A stretch of 64,000 nt of DNA from Squalus acanthias. Taxonomy: Eukaryota. Location: positions 92,568,001-92,632,000 of the forward strand of contig CM059432.1 in assembly GCA_030390025.1 (NCBI GenBank). The letters are read 5' to 3'. Below the pieces are notes generated by a model that worked only from the letters and a program-made list of their open reading frames with translations, was not told the DNA's origin and ran no database searches. Both the position numbers and the translations under genes were made by a program. How positions within the stretch are numbered: the stretch's first letter is position 1; the number at the start of each line of letters is the position of its first letter. Shown in pieces: positions 12,092 through 25,430 of the stretch.

Positions 12092-12880
12092 TTAAATAAA
12101 ATACAACAGTGGAACTGTGCAGCATTATTTAATCCATCCACATAGACTTAGTTTCTGAGGCTCAACTACAGAACCAGGCCTAATAAAATCAAGGCATCTG
12201 ATTGCAAACACTTCCCATCGTTGATCACACAAGCACAGAGCAGGAAGCTCCCATACCCTAGCTCCAGCTGAAGCAAGATGTATAGCGATAAGCAGGTCCC
12301 AGAGTAACATAACAAATCTTAGGAACAGAAAAATGTCACAAAGCCAAAATATGTCTGTTCTTTTTCCGAGATTAACTCCATCTACCAGGTTTCTCAACAT
12401 ATCCTTCAATACCTTATCTCGAAAGAAGCAAATCCATTTAACCCATTTATCTCAATGGTCTTCCCATGTAATTTATTACGCTTTGGGTGAAAAGCTTCCA
12501 ACTGACTTGCCTTCTTAAACCTAAGTTCCTAATTTTTAACTTGTATATTTAACTAGCATGTGAACCCTTCACCACAGTCACCCATCTGACTGGATCAACT
12601 TTGCCAAATGCCTTCATAATCTTGGAAACTTCAATCAGGTCACCATGAAGTTTCTTTTCCCAGAGAAAATACGTCCAAAGTTTCGTAACCTCTCTGCATT
12701 ACTTAAATTTCTACTACCAAGAAGGCAAAGAATTTTATACCCTCTCGAAGGCAATAATATCCTTCTCATGACTAGGTCATCAAAACTGCACAGAAGACTG
12801 AAGACAGGGTCTGACCAATGACTTATAAACACATGCAATCTCTTCAGATTTGTACTCTATTTCCATACCAATGCAACCTA

Positions 12881-15003
12881 GGCTGCGAAATTGGGACCTT
12901 TAGCGCCAGCCATAAGGCTGGTTTTGCAGAAAAAATGGCGGCTGCCTTGCTTCCGGTTGGCAGTGCTGCCGTTGCCTGCGCTCGCTGCACATATTTAAAT
13001 GATGCAGATCTTGACGTCAATCGGCGTGCAATGCCTGAATTGATGCAGGATCTGTGATTTTCGACGTGGCTGCTCTTAATACCGCCCTCTCCAAACCACG
13101 CACAGAAGAATGTGCGTGCAGCAGTACAACAGAGATGCTGCCAACGCTTCAAAGGGACACACACAACTTTCAGGCAAGTTTAGATTTTTGCTTTTGGACT
13201 TTTTTTTACATTTTATTGGAATAGTGGCTTGGTGCAATATATTTAAAAAGTTGTTAAAGTGTGCAGGGAGTGCTGCTGGACGATTGCAAGGCTTTGGCTG
13301 TTAAAGGAAGGCCTCTGAGAAGACCACTTGCTCCCAGTCCTGGGGGCTCTAGTTGCAGTCCCCCTTGGGCTGCAGCATCACATGGAGGTGGAGCAGAGGC
13401 AGCAAAGGTAACAAGCTGCTCGCAGAGGGAGGAGGAAGCAGAAGAAGAAAAAGCAGAAGGAAGGAGGCAACTCAGGCAGCCCCCTTTTTGGCCGGGATAT
13501 CCAGGATCAAATCATACGCCTGTGGTATCAGTGAACATAACCCCAATTCCCCTTTCAACATTTGTCCCACACCTTACCTTCCCTCTGTTACTGACCATCA
13601 CAGCGTCCTCTTGGCCACAATGCTGAAATAAAATCGCCAACTTTATCCATATATGTATCCAATATGACATAAAAAAATTAACTAATCACCCTTGTGCATT
13701 CCCTTCGTGACTGTCTTGCGTGTACCTTTGCCTATCCTAGTGCTCATACGTAGTGCTACCCCAGTGGCTGCAGCATGGCTGGTGGAAGGCTGCTGACTTT
13801 CAGTGGGGGAGACTGCAGATGGCCTTGCAGGATGACCTCAAGGAGCTGGTGGCTGGGAGTGTGAAATTGAGTGATGGTGTTGTTTCTTCTTCTTCACTCT
13901 CCTCTCCCTTTTCCTGGTCAACCACTGGCTGGGCAAGCTGGATTTCTTGGGTGTCTGAAATGAGGAAGGCACAAAGGTAGGGTTGTGGGGAGGGGGTAAA
14001 GCAAGAGGTGCATGCTTACACCATGTGCAGCTTGTAAATCAGAAGAGATTGTGGGATGAGTGGGAAGTGGGATGTGAGAAGGAGGATAACGTATGAGGAT
14101 ACCAGCATCTTGTATTCTTCCAGCCCCGCTGCTGGCCAAGGGCTCAGCCATGCCCCTGCCAAGAAGGGCCAGCACTGTGTCCTCCAAGGGGGTGAGGTGA
14201 AGCTCAGAATGTGAGGTGTGCCTTGTGTTTGGTAGAGATTGTTGGTAGGTGAGTGATTTGGGGGAGTGGGGGGTCATGCATTGAGCAGTGTGTGAGGCTA
14301 GTGGTACAGTTGGTAGGAAACGGCTTTTGAAAATGCATTCACTGACCAGGACCACTTCTTCGGTCACTAGAGCCAGGTCCTGGGGGCGACACTGCTGGCA
14401 GTGACCGCCTCGGTGATCTGGTCCCACATCCTTCTTTCTGGAGGGCCTCCTGCGCCCCTGTGGATAGAGGTCCTCTCTTCCAGTGTTGACCCCCTGCACA
14501 AAGCTCGAGTGCTACGTCCGAAACCCTGGCTGCCCTTTCCCTGGCCTGTTGAGCCATTTGTATTGGTGCTGAAGCACTTTTAGCATTTTTATGTGCAGAA
14601 GGCAGCTCAGCTTTAAGAGCTGCAGACTGCCTAGTGCTGAAGGATTTTTAATTTTTTTATGTGCAGAAGGCAGCTCCGTTTTAAGAGCTGCAGACTGCCT
14701 AGTGCTGAAGGATTTTTAATTTTTTTATGTGCAGAAGGAAGATCAGCTTTAAGAGCTGCAGACTGCCTTGAAGCAGAGCAGGCTAGCTGTAAGTAAAGCT
14801 AGCCTCGCTCCAGCGATGCGAACTTCAGCCCCCTGCTGAGCGTACAGCCAGTCAGCAGCGCGTTCCACGCTAGGCTGTGCACTCCTATCACGTTAATTAG
14901 CAGGCAGCACCAAATTGACGTGCTGCCTACGCTTTCTGAACGCATGCGGGCATATTTCGCAACGCGGTGCCCGCTTTTTTTGCGCTATCGAATTTCACCC
15001 CCC
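12881..15003 (-). mobile_element. Older, internally deleted Harbinger relic with degenerate Myb/SANT exons
   Basis: Minus-strand MAQQARERAARVSDVALE / GREDLYPQGRRRPS at 14330-14557 parallels Myb exon 1 of the intact element; LTPLEDTVLALLG at ~14100-14200 parallels exon 2. Ends GGCTGCGAAATT ... AATTTCACCCCCC with CTA/CCA flanks. Interrupts an old CR1 fragment. Confidence 0.75.
14586..14768 (+). repeat. 68-bp tandem repeat, ~2.7 copies
   Basis: ATGTGCAGAAGG recurs at 14591, 14659 and 14727; lies just 5' of the relic Myb start. Confidence 0.9.
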
Positions 15004-16952
15004 CCAGTATCTTATTTGCCCTTCTTTACCACAGTTAAGCACTGTGATGACAGATTTATAGATTGCTTAACTCTATAACTCTTGGATCTCTTTTGTGATT
15101 AGCATGCTGTACCATTTTAATACATGTATGGTACATGTACAGGGTGCTTTTATAGAGGTGTTTAAAATAATGAAGAGATGGAACAGAGAAGATAGAAATT
15201 GACAGCTTCCGGTGGTTGAGGGGTCTAGACTAAGGGGAAATGGGCGCAAGATTAAATGCAAGAAATTTAGGGCAGAAAGCAGCAACAACTTGTATTTATA
15301 TAGCGCCTTTAACGTAGAAAAATGCCCCAGGCGTTTCACAGAGGTGTACCAGAATCAAATGGACACCGAACCAAAGGAGAAGACATTACTTGGGGAGGAT
15401 GAAGAACTGTAGATCATTTGCATGATGGCACCTTATGCAAGTGAAGTAATGATGCACTTCAAAGTGATTTACAACAGTTGTCAAATGTTTGCGAACAAAA
15501 AAGGAGTTACCAAACACGTTTTCATGAAACCACTGCCCCTCCACATTACCCCATCTTTTAAAAGACTTGTTCAAAATCCTACTGTATCTGCCTTGTTTCA
15601 AACGGAAAAATGTTTATTGTAGAAGTATTTTATTTATTCTTCTTGCACGGATTCTATCCACAGTGCATTCTGGCCTGTGACTTACAGTTAGTTGGCTTTT
15701 AGTTTCAGAAAACTGCTTAGGTCAACTTGCCTTTAAAATCCACTTCAAGTGGAAAAGGTCTGCTAATATTCTTCTCTAAATCTACGTTATTTTAGAATTG
15801 CACTTGCCCACTCCCCAGAAGAAAATTCTTAAAACAAATGTTTATTTGTGACAGGAATTGAGATTGTTTTCACAAGTGAACGATATGGGCCGAGTTGAAA
15901 GATGGATCTGCGATCTCTGATAGCGATTTATCTAATAGCGATCATAATATGATAAGAGTTCAACATAGTGTTTGAAAGGGAGAAACGCAAAGATTCTAGA
16001 TTTCGGTAAGGCTGACTACAATGCGATGAGACAGAGACTGTCCACAGTAAACTGGGTACATCTGCTAAAGGGTAAAACAACAGAAGATCAGTGGGAGGTG
16101 TTCAAATACAGAAGCAATTTATACCCCTTAGGGGCAAGAGCTCTACTCGCCAAAATAAACAGCCATGGACGACTAAAGAGGTAAGGCGCAACATAATTCT
16201 ACGAGAAAAAGCATACAAAAATGCAAAAAATAGCGCAGATCCTGGTGAAAGATACAAAGAACAGCAAAGGGTGACAAAACAGATAGAGCTACAAAAAGGG
16301 AGTATGAAAAGAAACTTGTAAGGGATATCAAAATCAACACAACATTTTTTTACAATTATATTAGGAAAAAGAGGGCGGTCAGGAGAAAACTGATATCAGT
16401 GATATTGTCAATGAAAATAAGGAAATGGCAGAAATGTTGAATAATTACTTTGCGCCAGTATTTACAGTAGAGGAAGAGGATAGCATGCCGGACATCCCAA
16501 GGAAACTAATATTGAATCAAGGACAGGGACTCACCAAAATTAACATCAGCAAAATAACGGTAATTAAAAAAATAATGGCACTAAGGAATGACAAATCCCC
16601 AGGACCAGATGGTTTCCATCCCAGGGTTTTAATGACAATAGGTGAGAGCATTGCAGGTGCCCTAACTATAATCTTCCAGAGCTCTCTCGATTCGGAAAAC
16701 GTTCCTTTAGATTGGAAAATTGCACGTAATTCCGCTGTTTAAGAAGGGTGGGAGAGGGAAACCAGGGAATTATAGACGAGTTAGCCTAACATCTGTTGTC
16801 GGGAAATTACTCCAGTCTATAATTAAGGATTGAAAGTTTTCAGCTGATCAGAGACAGTCAGCATGGATTTGTAAAGGGTAGGTCATGCCTGACAAACCTG
16901 ATTGAATTTTTTGAAGACGTGACTAAAGTAGTGGACAGGGGAATGTCTATGG

Positions 16953-17052
16953 AATAAAAACAGAAAATGCTGGAAATACTCAGCAGGTCAGGCAGCATTC
17001 TGTGGAGAGAGAAACAGAGTTAACGTTCAGGTCGATGACCTTTTGTCAGAAC
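16953..17052 (-). mobile_element. Short Penelope-derived terminal fragment with a degenerate hammerhead
   Basis: Minus strand reads GTT-CTGACAA-AAGGTC(ATC)GACCT-GAA-CGTTAAC. Shares AACAGAAAATGCTGGAAA.ACTCAGCAGG.CAGGCAGCATT...GAGAGAAACAGAGTTAACGTT with 27680-27750. Confidence 0.6.
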
Positions 17053-17328
17053 ATGTCCAGGTACATAGATCATTAAAATGTCATGAACAGGTACAGAGAA
17101 TAATAAAAAAAAAGGCTAATGGAATGCTAGCCTTTATATCTGGAGGACTAGAATACAAGGGGGCAGAAGTTATGTTACAGCTGTACAAAGCCCTGGTTAG
17201 ACTACACCTGAGTAATGTGAGCAATTCAGGGCACCACACCTGAGGAAGGATATATTGGTCTTGGAGGGAGTGCAGCGTAGATTTACCAGAATGTTGCCTG
17301 GACTCCAAGGGTTAAATTACGAGGAGAG

Positions 17329-18252
17329 TTTTTTAAAAATCCGTTCATGGGATGTGGGTGTCGCTGGCATTTATTGCCCATCCCTAGTTGCGCCTTCTTG
17401 AATCGCTGCAGTCCGTGTGGTGAAGGTACTCCCACAGTGCTGTTCGGGAGGGAGTTCCAGGATTTTGACCCAGCGACGATGAAGGATCGGCGATATACTT
17501 CCAAGTCAGGATGGTGTGTGACTTGGAGGGGAACTTGGAGGTGGTGGTGTTCCCATGCGCCTGCTGCCCTTGTCCTTCTAGGTGGTAGAGGTTGCGGGTT
17601 TGGGAGGTGCTGCCGAAGGAGCCTTGGCGAGTTGCTGCAGTGCATCTTGTAGATGGTACACACTGCAGCCATGGTACGCCGGTAGTGGAGGGAGTGAATG
17701 TTTAAGGTGGTGGATGGGGTGCCAATCAATCGGGCAGTTTTGTATTGGATGGTGTCGAGCTTCTCGAGTGTTGTTGGAGCTGCACTCATCCAGGCAAGTG
17801 GAGAGTATTCCATCACACTCCTTACTTGTGCCTTGTAGATGGTGGAAAGGCTTTGGGGAGTCAGGAGGTGAGACACTCGCCGCAGAATACCCAGTCTCTG
17901 ACCTGCTCTTGTTGCCACAGTATGTGTGTGGCTGGTCCAGTTAAGTTTCTGGTCAATGGTGACCCCCAGGATATTGTTGGTGGGGGATTCGGCGATGGTA
18001 ATGCCGTTGAATGTCAAGGGACGCTGGTTAGACTCTCGTTTGTTGGAGATAGTCTTGTGTGGCGCGAATGTTACCTGCCACTTATCAGCCCAAGCCTGAA
18101 TGTCGTCCAGGTCTTGCTGCATGCGGGCATGGACTGCTTCATTATCTGAGGAGTTGCGAATGGCACTGAACACTGTGCAGTCATCAGCGAACATCTCCAC
18201 TTCTGACCTTATGATGGAGGGAAGGTCATTGATGAAGCAGCTGAAGATGGTT
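17329..18252 (-). mobile_element. 3' part of a different non-LTR retrotransposon (CR1/L2-group RT C-terminus) nested in the CR1 at 15930-18680
   Basis: ORF 17283-18200: FADDCTV, QQDLDDIQAWADKWQVTF, ILGVTIDQKLNW, IYKAQVRSVMEY, WNSLP. Host sequence GAGGAGAG|ATTACACAAACTAGG is split around it. Confidence 0.88.
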
Positions 18253-20828
18253 CAGATTACACAAACTAGGGTTGTATTCCCTGGAATTTAGAAGGCTAAG
18301 GGGTGATTTGATCAAAGTTTTCAAGATATTAAGAGGAACAGATAGAGTAGATAGAGAGAAACTATTTCTGCTGTTGGGGAGTCTAGGACTAGAGGGTATA
18401 GGCTAAAAATTTTGAGCCAGACCTTTCAGGAGTGAAATTAGCAAACACTTCTACACACAAAGGGTGGTAGAAATTTGGAACTCTCTTCCGCAAACGGCAA
18501 TTGATGCTCGATCAATTGTTAATTTTAAATCTGAGATTGATAGATTTTTGTTAACCAAAGGTATTAAGGGATATGGAGCAAAGGTGGGTATATGGAGTTA
18601 GGTCGCAGATCAGCCATGATCTCATTGAATGGCAGAACGCGCTCGATGGGCTAAATGGCCCACTCCTGTTCCTATGTTCCTCTGCATTATGAGGCATGTC
18701 CACCTCTCATACACAGAGGTGGATTACCAAGTTCCACCAAACTGCTGAACCCTCTGGGTTGGTGGTTCAGTAAAAACTGATTTCTACCCAATTTTGACCT
18801 ACAAAAAAAAATTCTCCCTGGTCTTACTGCATCCCGAGATGCAAGTGCATTGTGTTTGTATGTATGCAATGTGCACAATTACATGACTAACGCAATGCGC
18901 TCACATCCCAGGACCCGACTTTCAGTGCCAAATTCTGGAAGAGGTGTAACCCGAGATAAGTTTTCTAAGCACTTAGAAGTTGTGCAAGAGTTTAAATGCT
19001 GTCTCATGCCTACCAACTTGACCTGTGGTGCCAAAAGGAAAACAAAGGTGGTATTCAAAGAGGCATTGTAACAACATCTAATAGGTTTGCACACTTAATA
19101 GGTAATTCTGATTACTGGCCACCCAAGCATTAGCCTAAATTATAACACTGAGCAACATTCTAGAAAACCCGTTAAGCAACATGAACAATTATAGTTTACA
19201 ATGAAGATGATACAAGGAAGGAATGAAAATGTGTATCAGGATGTATGTTCATTAAGAGCTTTTATACTTTTTGAAGCAAATTGTACAAAATGAACTATAT
19301 CTGAACTGCCTTCATAATGACTACAGCAATGTTAATAAACCAAATGAATACCCTGACTATAATGAAGGCAATATACCATTCATCCAAGATTCCAGACTAA
19401 CAAACCGTGGCAAACATTGTTCAATGCAACTGCTGCGAGCATACACTTGCCAAAATTTTGGAACTGCCATTGAGGCCAATAAAAGTGATGCTTGTGAACT
19501 GTGTAAAAAGATTGTGGGTGCCATTTAGCTTAACTGCACCTTATTAGTCTCTTGCTTGCTTTCCAGAGGTTCAGTGATGCTCAAATAAAACTGGTTTTAA
19601 CTAATTTTCTATGAATTTACCCTGGGTTTTGGGCTCTAATTCCGCACCACCCCACCCCAGTTTTTTTGATGCCAAGAACTGAAAAACATCCAGAAAAAAA
19701 ACAAGTTTATAAATTGCCAATTAAAACTGACTTTAAAGGTCTTTACAGGGATGGGTTACCACCAAAGACCTATAAATGGAAAAGGATGCTGCTACAATGT
19801 TCTGGTTCTTAGATAATAAAATATGATACTGAAAAGGTATCAGCTGAATTGTTTATTAATTGTCTTAGCATTCAATCCAATTATACCCATTATACTGTTT
19901 TACAATGCAGTTAAGCTGCAAAATATCTTAATACTCGCTTAGAAACGGTTAAGAAAAGATTTTCCTAATTTTCAGGCAAAAATATTGACAGCTAATTTTT
20001 TGTCCCTTCCTGTGATTTTCTCTCTGTTCCATTTGGAGGTGACTCTGATTTTTCCTCCCTTCCAAAAGAATCTGGATTCTATTCAGCGCTACCTATAGTG
20101 ACATGGCTACAATCATTATCTGAGCAAAACTGCATCCCACCATTATGTGGCTCAGCAAATTAGTGTTGCAATGCTTTGTACCACACTTTAAAAGTCAAGC
20201 TCTGTTATTACAAAATTTCAGAAAATCTAAAATAATTTTAAAAAGTGATTGCAACATTAATTGGTCAGTATTATTAATTCTGAACTATTGCAAACAATTT
20301 TGTGACAGTGTATGTACGGAATTCTTTAAAAGCCACAGACCTGAGGTCAGTATACCTGAGTGTGCCCTGACCAAACTACACAGCTGCCAGTATGAGAGCA
20401 GCAGTTTGACAGTCTCAGCAGTGCTTTTCCCCCAGTTACAAGCCTGAGAATCTGTCAGAAAGGTGCTGTCACAGCAGATGACACCATGTTTCAGCTGTCA
20501 GCACCCAGCAGGCTGCTGCAGTTTTCACCAGCATCTAACAGCTTACCAACCCCTCACAACCTGACAGTTCGCCAATTGCCAGTAACACTATCCATCTGCT
20601 AATGAGCTGTGTATGCAGTTAGAATACAACAGATCGCACCAGGAGTCATTTAAAATAAATTATAATTTGCTGTCTATTCAAATAGACCAAGTACAATATA
20701 CAACCATGTGGGCACCAGCATTTAGGGTTTTCAGCCTTTTGCAGGCCTGTCCCTTCCAGGATATCTTCCACAATAATATCCAAAAAGTGAAGTTAGCTGC
20801 TTGCAGTGCTCATTAATCATGAGAACCA

Positions 20829-21490
20829 GGGGGTAGAGATTCAACTTTTGGCACAATTGGGAAATTGCACCCAAAATGCGCTTGAAATTGCACTGGTTAA
20901 GTTACGCTTCAAGTTTTCGCTAAAATTCATTTGCATAATCACAAACGTAAAATCTTCCATGAACCAATGCAACCAGACAGCGTAATAGAACTTAATAATT
21001 TCTTTTTTTTCAAAAAAGTATTCTTTGATGTATTTAAGAAGGGTAACCTGGAGCCGTTTTATTACAGCTGAAAATGGGTTTATCACCAAAAATAAGCATT
21101 TTTAATAGGGTGTCCAATCCACCGCCTGTGAGTAACCTGATTTAAAGTAATTGAAAATGACTTAAAAAAAACTATACTGAACCATTTCATTGGTGTACAC
21201 TAGTCAGTTTCTTAGTAAATTAAATATTTTTTGATATGAAAAAACTTTTAAAATGCGCCTACTAGTGCCTAAGAAAATGAGCGTAATTGGAAGATTCCTT
21301 CCCGTACCAGCGCAATCGATGGAATCTTCCAATTTAGACCTGGGGGACTGGGGGGCCCTGATTTGGGCAAATTGAATCTTGAACCAATGAAAAAGATGGC
21401 AGAAAACACGATCGCAAGTGCTTTTAGGCGTAACTCACCTACATTTTAAATTTCCCGACCTTTTGTGCTGGAATCTGGGCGCATAATTAG
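20829..21490 (-). mobile_element. Second, inverted and diverged relative of the 9543-10285 MITE
   Basis: GGGGGTAGAGATTCAACTTT, CATTTGCATAATCAC..AAAATCTTCCATGAACCA, ATTACAGCTGAAAATGGGTTTATCACCAAAAATAAGCATTTTTAAT and CCTGTGAGTAACC match the reverse complement of 9830-10285. Confidence 0.7.
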
Positions 21491-21665
21491 CAGAAACTTC
21501 TTTAATTTTGTTTATTTGGTAATAGTTAGTTGGACCACTCCTATTCACATTTCTCCTCTTGCATCTGCGCATTCTCCAATGAATGTCAAAATAATGAACA
21601 GGAAAGGAAGCAAACTCCATGATTTCCTCCCTTAACTCCCACACCAGATACTTCAATTTAACAGG

Positions 21666-21684
21666 GTGTGCCACCTAGTGGCCT
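21666..21684 (-). promoter_or_regulatory. Candidate CTCF binding site
   Basis: Minus strand AGGCCACTAGGTGGCACAC fits the CCASYAGRKGGCRS consensus at every core position, in apparently non-repeat sequence. Confidence 0.6.
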
Positions 21685-22724
21685 AAATAAGATCTCAATT
21701 CTCATCACGCTATTGACTGGCAAAAGCCTCAAGCAGTCGCAAGACTTGCATCTACAATCACAGAAAGCAAGAAATGAAAAGTCAGCTTCCTAAAGCAAAA
21801 CTGCAGGCCTGACATGCATTTGTAAAAGTGGAAAGAATGCTATTCCAATATAAGTTAATTCTGATTGTTTAATATTGGCAGCAAAAACAACTTTTTTTAA
21901 AAAAAAGGGCATTCTTCACATACTTAATAAATCAAAGTAACTGCTTTGCAGAGATTGTTAGCAGCCAGTCATCAGCTGGGGCAGCATTGACTGAAAAAAT
22001 AGGAAGGTAAAAATTGTGTCTTTAATTAGTTTCTTTTCCTCTCAGCAGTGTGCAGAAATACAGCTTAAGACAGAAAGTTAATAAACCCTAGTAAAATTGT
22101 GTTCTTATGCAATCTAGAAGAAAATATAAAATGCTACACTGCGTTTTGAATTTTCCATCTACTTCAGTCAACAGCAGCTATTCCTGGACTCCGTATGGTA
22201 ACACAAATCCATTAATTTGTCGATCACAGTTAATAGCCACTGTGAAGTAAAAAGGATCTACTTAATTTAAACAAATTTCAAAGTGGCTAAAATGGTTAAA
22301 ACGAAAACCAAGTGAAAAATTAGATATTAGAAGAACACCTGGCCTGGACCCTCAGGGTATTAAAGATGATTTGAGGCCCACTTATATTTTCTAGGGATAA
22401 GCCATTTAAATTATAGACCTGCAAGTCTCGCTTCAGTTTTAGGAAAATTGCTTGAAATTATGTTGAGGGAAAATATAAGGGGTCACATTGAAAATACAGA
22501 TTAATAAGAAATGGCGAGCATTTCTTTAGGATGGGAGTTTGTGTTGGAAGAATCTTAGATTTTCTTGACAAAGTTACTTGCCTTGTGGATAAGAGTGAGA
22601 CAGTAAACGTTATTTACAAAGGCATTTGACACTATACCACATAAAGGGAAAAGTTCAGGACCACGGAATAGATAGAAGTATGCCAACTGGATAAAAAAAT
22701 GACAAGTTGAAATAAATGAACAAG

Positions 22725-23155
22725 TATTTATTTAGCACCTTTGTCATTGTAAAGCATCCCAAAGTACTTAAAAGCAAAACCATAAACTAAGCATAATGAG
22801 ATGGGTTCGGTGCTGACATGGTCAAAGAGGTAAGTTTTGAGCTGGCTTTTGAAGAAGGTGTGAATGAGGTTGAGAGAGATTGTGCCAGAGGGTGGGGCCA
22901 AAATGGCTGAAGGTTGTTTGGCTGAACTTGAAGGGGAGATTGAAAGAGTCTGAAGAGCAGATAGCATGAACTGAGACAGAAGACTGGAGGAAGTTGCAGA
23001 GATAGGGAAGGGCAAGGCCATGGAGACGAGAAAAAGAATTTTGATTGATGCATTGAGGGATGCAGAACTAATGAAGGTTGACAAGGAGTGGGACAAAAGC
23101 AGAGAAGTTAGTGCAGGTTAGGATGTGAGTGGCAGGGTTTTGGACAAGTTCATGC
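22725..23155 (-). mobile_element. Degraded L2 LINE 3' fragment
   Basis: FFKSQLKTYLF and ELVQNPATHILT remnants. Confidence 0.7.
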
Positions 23156-24504
23156 AGAGCTCTCAGAACCCACAAAGGAATTCCCATTTTACCACCTTGC
23201 ATAGTACTATTTAAATTGCAGCAACAACCAAGAATAATAAAGGGAAGCATTGGAAGGAAAATATCCCTAAAATGCAAAAATGGTGTACTACCTAGCAAAA
23301 AGAACTAATACATGGAGCAAAATGTAATTAGCTAATGCAAAATAAAACATAACTGAGGAACAATAATCTTTAAGAAGCATACTTAAGTAGGCCAGGTCCC
23401 AGGATTACCAATGCATCCATTTTATATTGGCAAACTCAGCATGAGACAGCTACCCGCTCATTCAAGTAATTTTGAAAGTTCTAATGCAGTTTTGCTGGCC
23501 CCACAGGAAAAATGTAACTACAGACAGGAAATATAGCACAGTTTCATTCCTGGCACACAAGTTTCCTGACCCAATGTGCCCAGGCCCCCCAGTGAAGCTC
23601 TGCTCCTGGTGTGGGCTCTCATAAAATCTACCCTCTGATATCTAGTTGTGTATAAGTTTGAAGAGAATCCAGTAGAAAATGCAAAATGGAAACCACTGAC
23701 CCACTGTCTACCAAGGTGTCAGCATTATTAACATTTTGTTTACTCGAGTGCTTTAAAAGAAATGTCTTCATATCATAGAATTTGCACATAATAAATATCC
23801 CAGTCTTGGTTGCTTGTTTTTAGTTCTGGCAAAGATGCACCACGCTCAGTGGGTGCTTTAGGTTCATGTATTCCATGTAACATCTCACCCTGAAAGATGC
23901 ACTTTGAGATTGTGGACTATGTATCAACAAAAGAGAAAGCTCAGCTGATTCATCCAAACTTACATTTAGGAAAATGTAAAAACAGCATTTTGAAAAGGAT
24001 TAACAACCACTTGCAAACTGATTCCATGTCGATTTAGTGTTGCATTGTTTTGCATTGTGCCCATGCCATTTTGCATCTGTATTATTTTATTTGTAAATAA
24101 ATCTGGAATAGTTGTTTAGTCTGCATAAAGTGATTTAACATTAGGTAAGTGGTTTAAGGAAAGAGAAATAAAGGGATAAAGGAACAGAGTGCGCACATGG
24201 GAATACTCATGTGGAGGATAAACAGAAATACGGACTGGTTGGTTCAAATGGCATGTTTCCGTGTTGTACTTTATATACAAATTCTACGTGATATTTCCAA
24301 TGCCCATATTGACAGGGGTTGTAGCTAACATGCTAGAAATTCTCCAGTAGATAATTTACTATAATTGGAATTAATTGTTTGTAACTCAAATACTGCAGAG
24401 AATACAAGGAAAAGGTGTGAGAGAAAGCCCCAATTGTATGTGATTTTAAAGCTGTACATGGCTGATGGAAGTTTGGGTCTGTCTTACATATTATAGTGGA
24501 AAGA

Positions 24505-24620
24505 AAGAAAAGACAGACTTGCATTTATATAGCGCCTTTCACGACTACCGGACCTCCCAAAGCGTTTTACAGCCAATGAAGTACTTTTTTGATATGTAAT
24601 CACTGTTGTAATGTAGGAAA
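24505..24620 (-). mobile_element. 3' tail fragment of the Deu-SINE
   Basis: GACTTGCATTTATATAGCGCCTTTCACGAC...TTTACAGCCAATGAAGTA is the reverse complement of ~6110-6205. Confidence 0.8.
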
Positions 24621-25166
24621 TATAGTTTGAAAATAGAGAAGTAGAATAGTATAGATGAAGGAATTCAAGAAACTGGAAACAGAACTATATCTTCTGTTGT
24701 ATAAATAATTATAGATCCAGGAAGCATAGTTTCATGATGAGCAAAATGAAACAAAATAGCAAATGGATGATCAACATACAATAGAGACATTTTTAATGGG
24801 TTTTTAAAAAAGGACATAAGCAAGTTCTTGGCCTCTGAAAAGATTCATTTTTAATACTAATTATGTAGAGATAGCAAAGCAAAGAAAGAGGGTAGGAAGA
24901 TTCGTGGATCCTAGATCTAATATATGACTGTCTCAAATATGATTTGATTGGACTAAAGATTTTTTTTCCATTGCTGCACTACCATACCTGACAGAACTGT
25001 TTCATATACAGCAGTGAATGATTGGCAAATAATGATAAATAATTTGGTAATATAAGGTTACTGTTTTCTGTCAACATACAGGAAAATTAACACCATACAC
25101 TATTGACTACTTCCTGAATGAACATCAAGTGGTCTCCTGATATCCTCTCGATTAGAATCATTGTGA

Positions 25167-25430
25167 GGGGAACTGGGTGGAGCAATAGGCGAGACCTTTC
25201 ACTTCTGAGATCTAGGTTCAAATCCAGCCCAGATTAGTGGTTGCAAGGGTTCAGTCCAATTCCTAGTTGGCACAGGCCTACCACACAAAACTGTCCCTAA
25301 TTGTTCCTACTTGCCAATGTCACTCAGACAGGCTTAAGGATAGTTGGTATGGGAAATGGAAAAATACCACATTAGTACAGTGGGAAGTGCTCTTCTGAGG
25401 TTAGGGTTAAGGCAGAGTAAAGGGATTTAG
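25167..25430 (+). mobile_element. LF-SINE-like ancient SINE relic
   Basis: CCTTTCACTTCTGAGATCTAGGTTCAAATCCAGCCCAG (B box), TCAGTCCAATTCCTAGT, CACAAAAC and AGGTTAGGGTTAAGGCA occur in the order I recall for the LF-SINE consensus. Confidence 0.55.

Larger units (their letters stand above)
15930..18680 (+). mobile_element. Degraded, internally deleted CR1 LINE carrying two nested insertions
   Basis: DFGKADY, KSPGPDGFHPRVL, KANGMLAFI and LYKALVRLHL fragments; 3' tail CTCCTGTTCCTATGTTCC at ~18665-18680. Confidence 0.88.
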
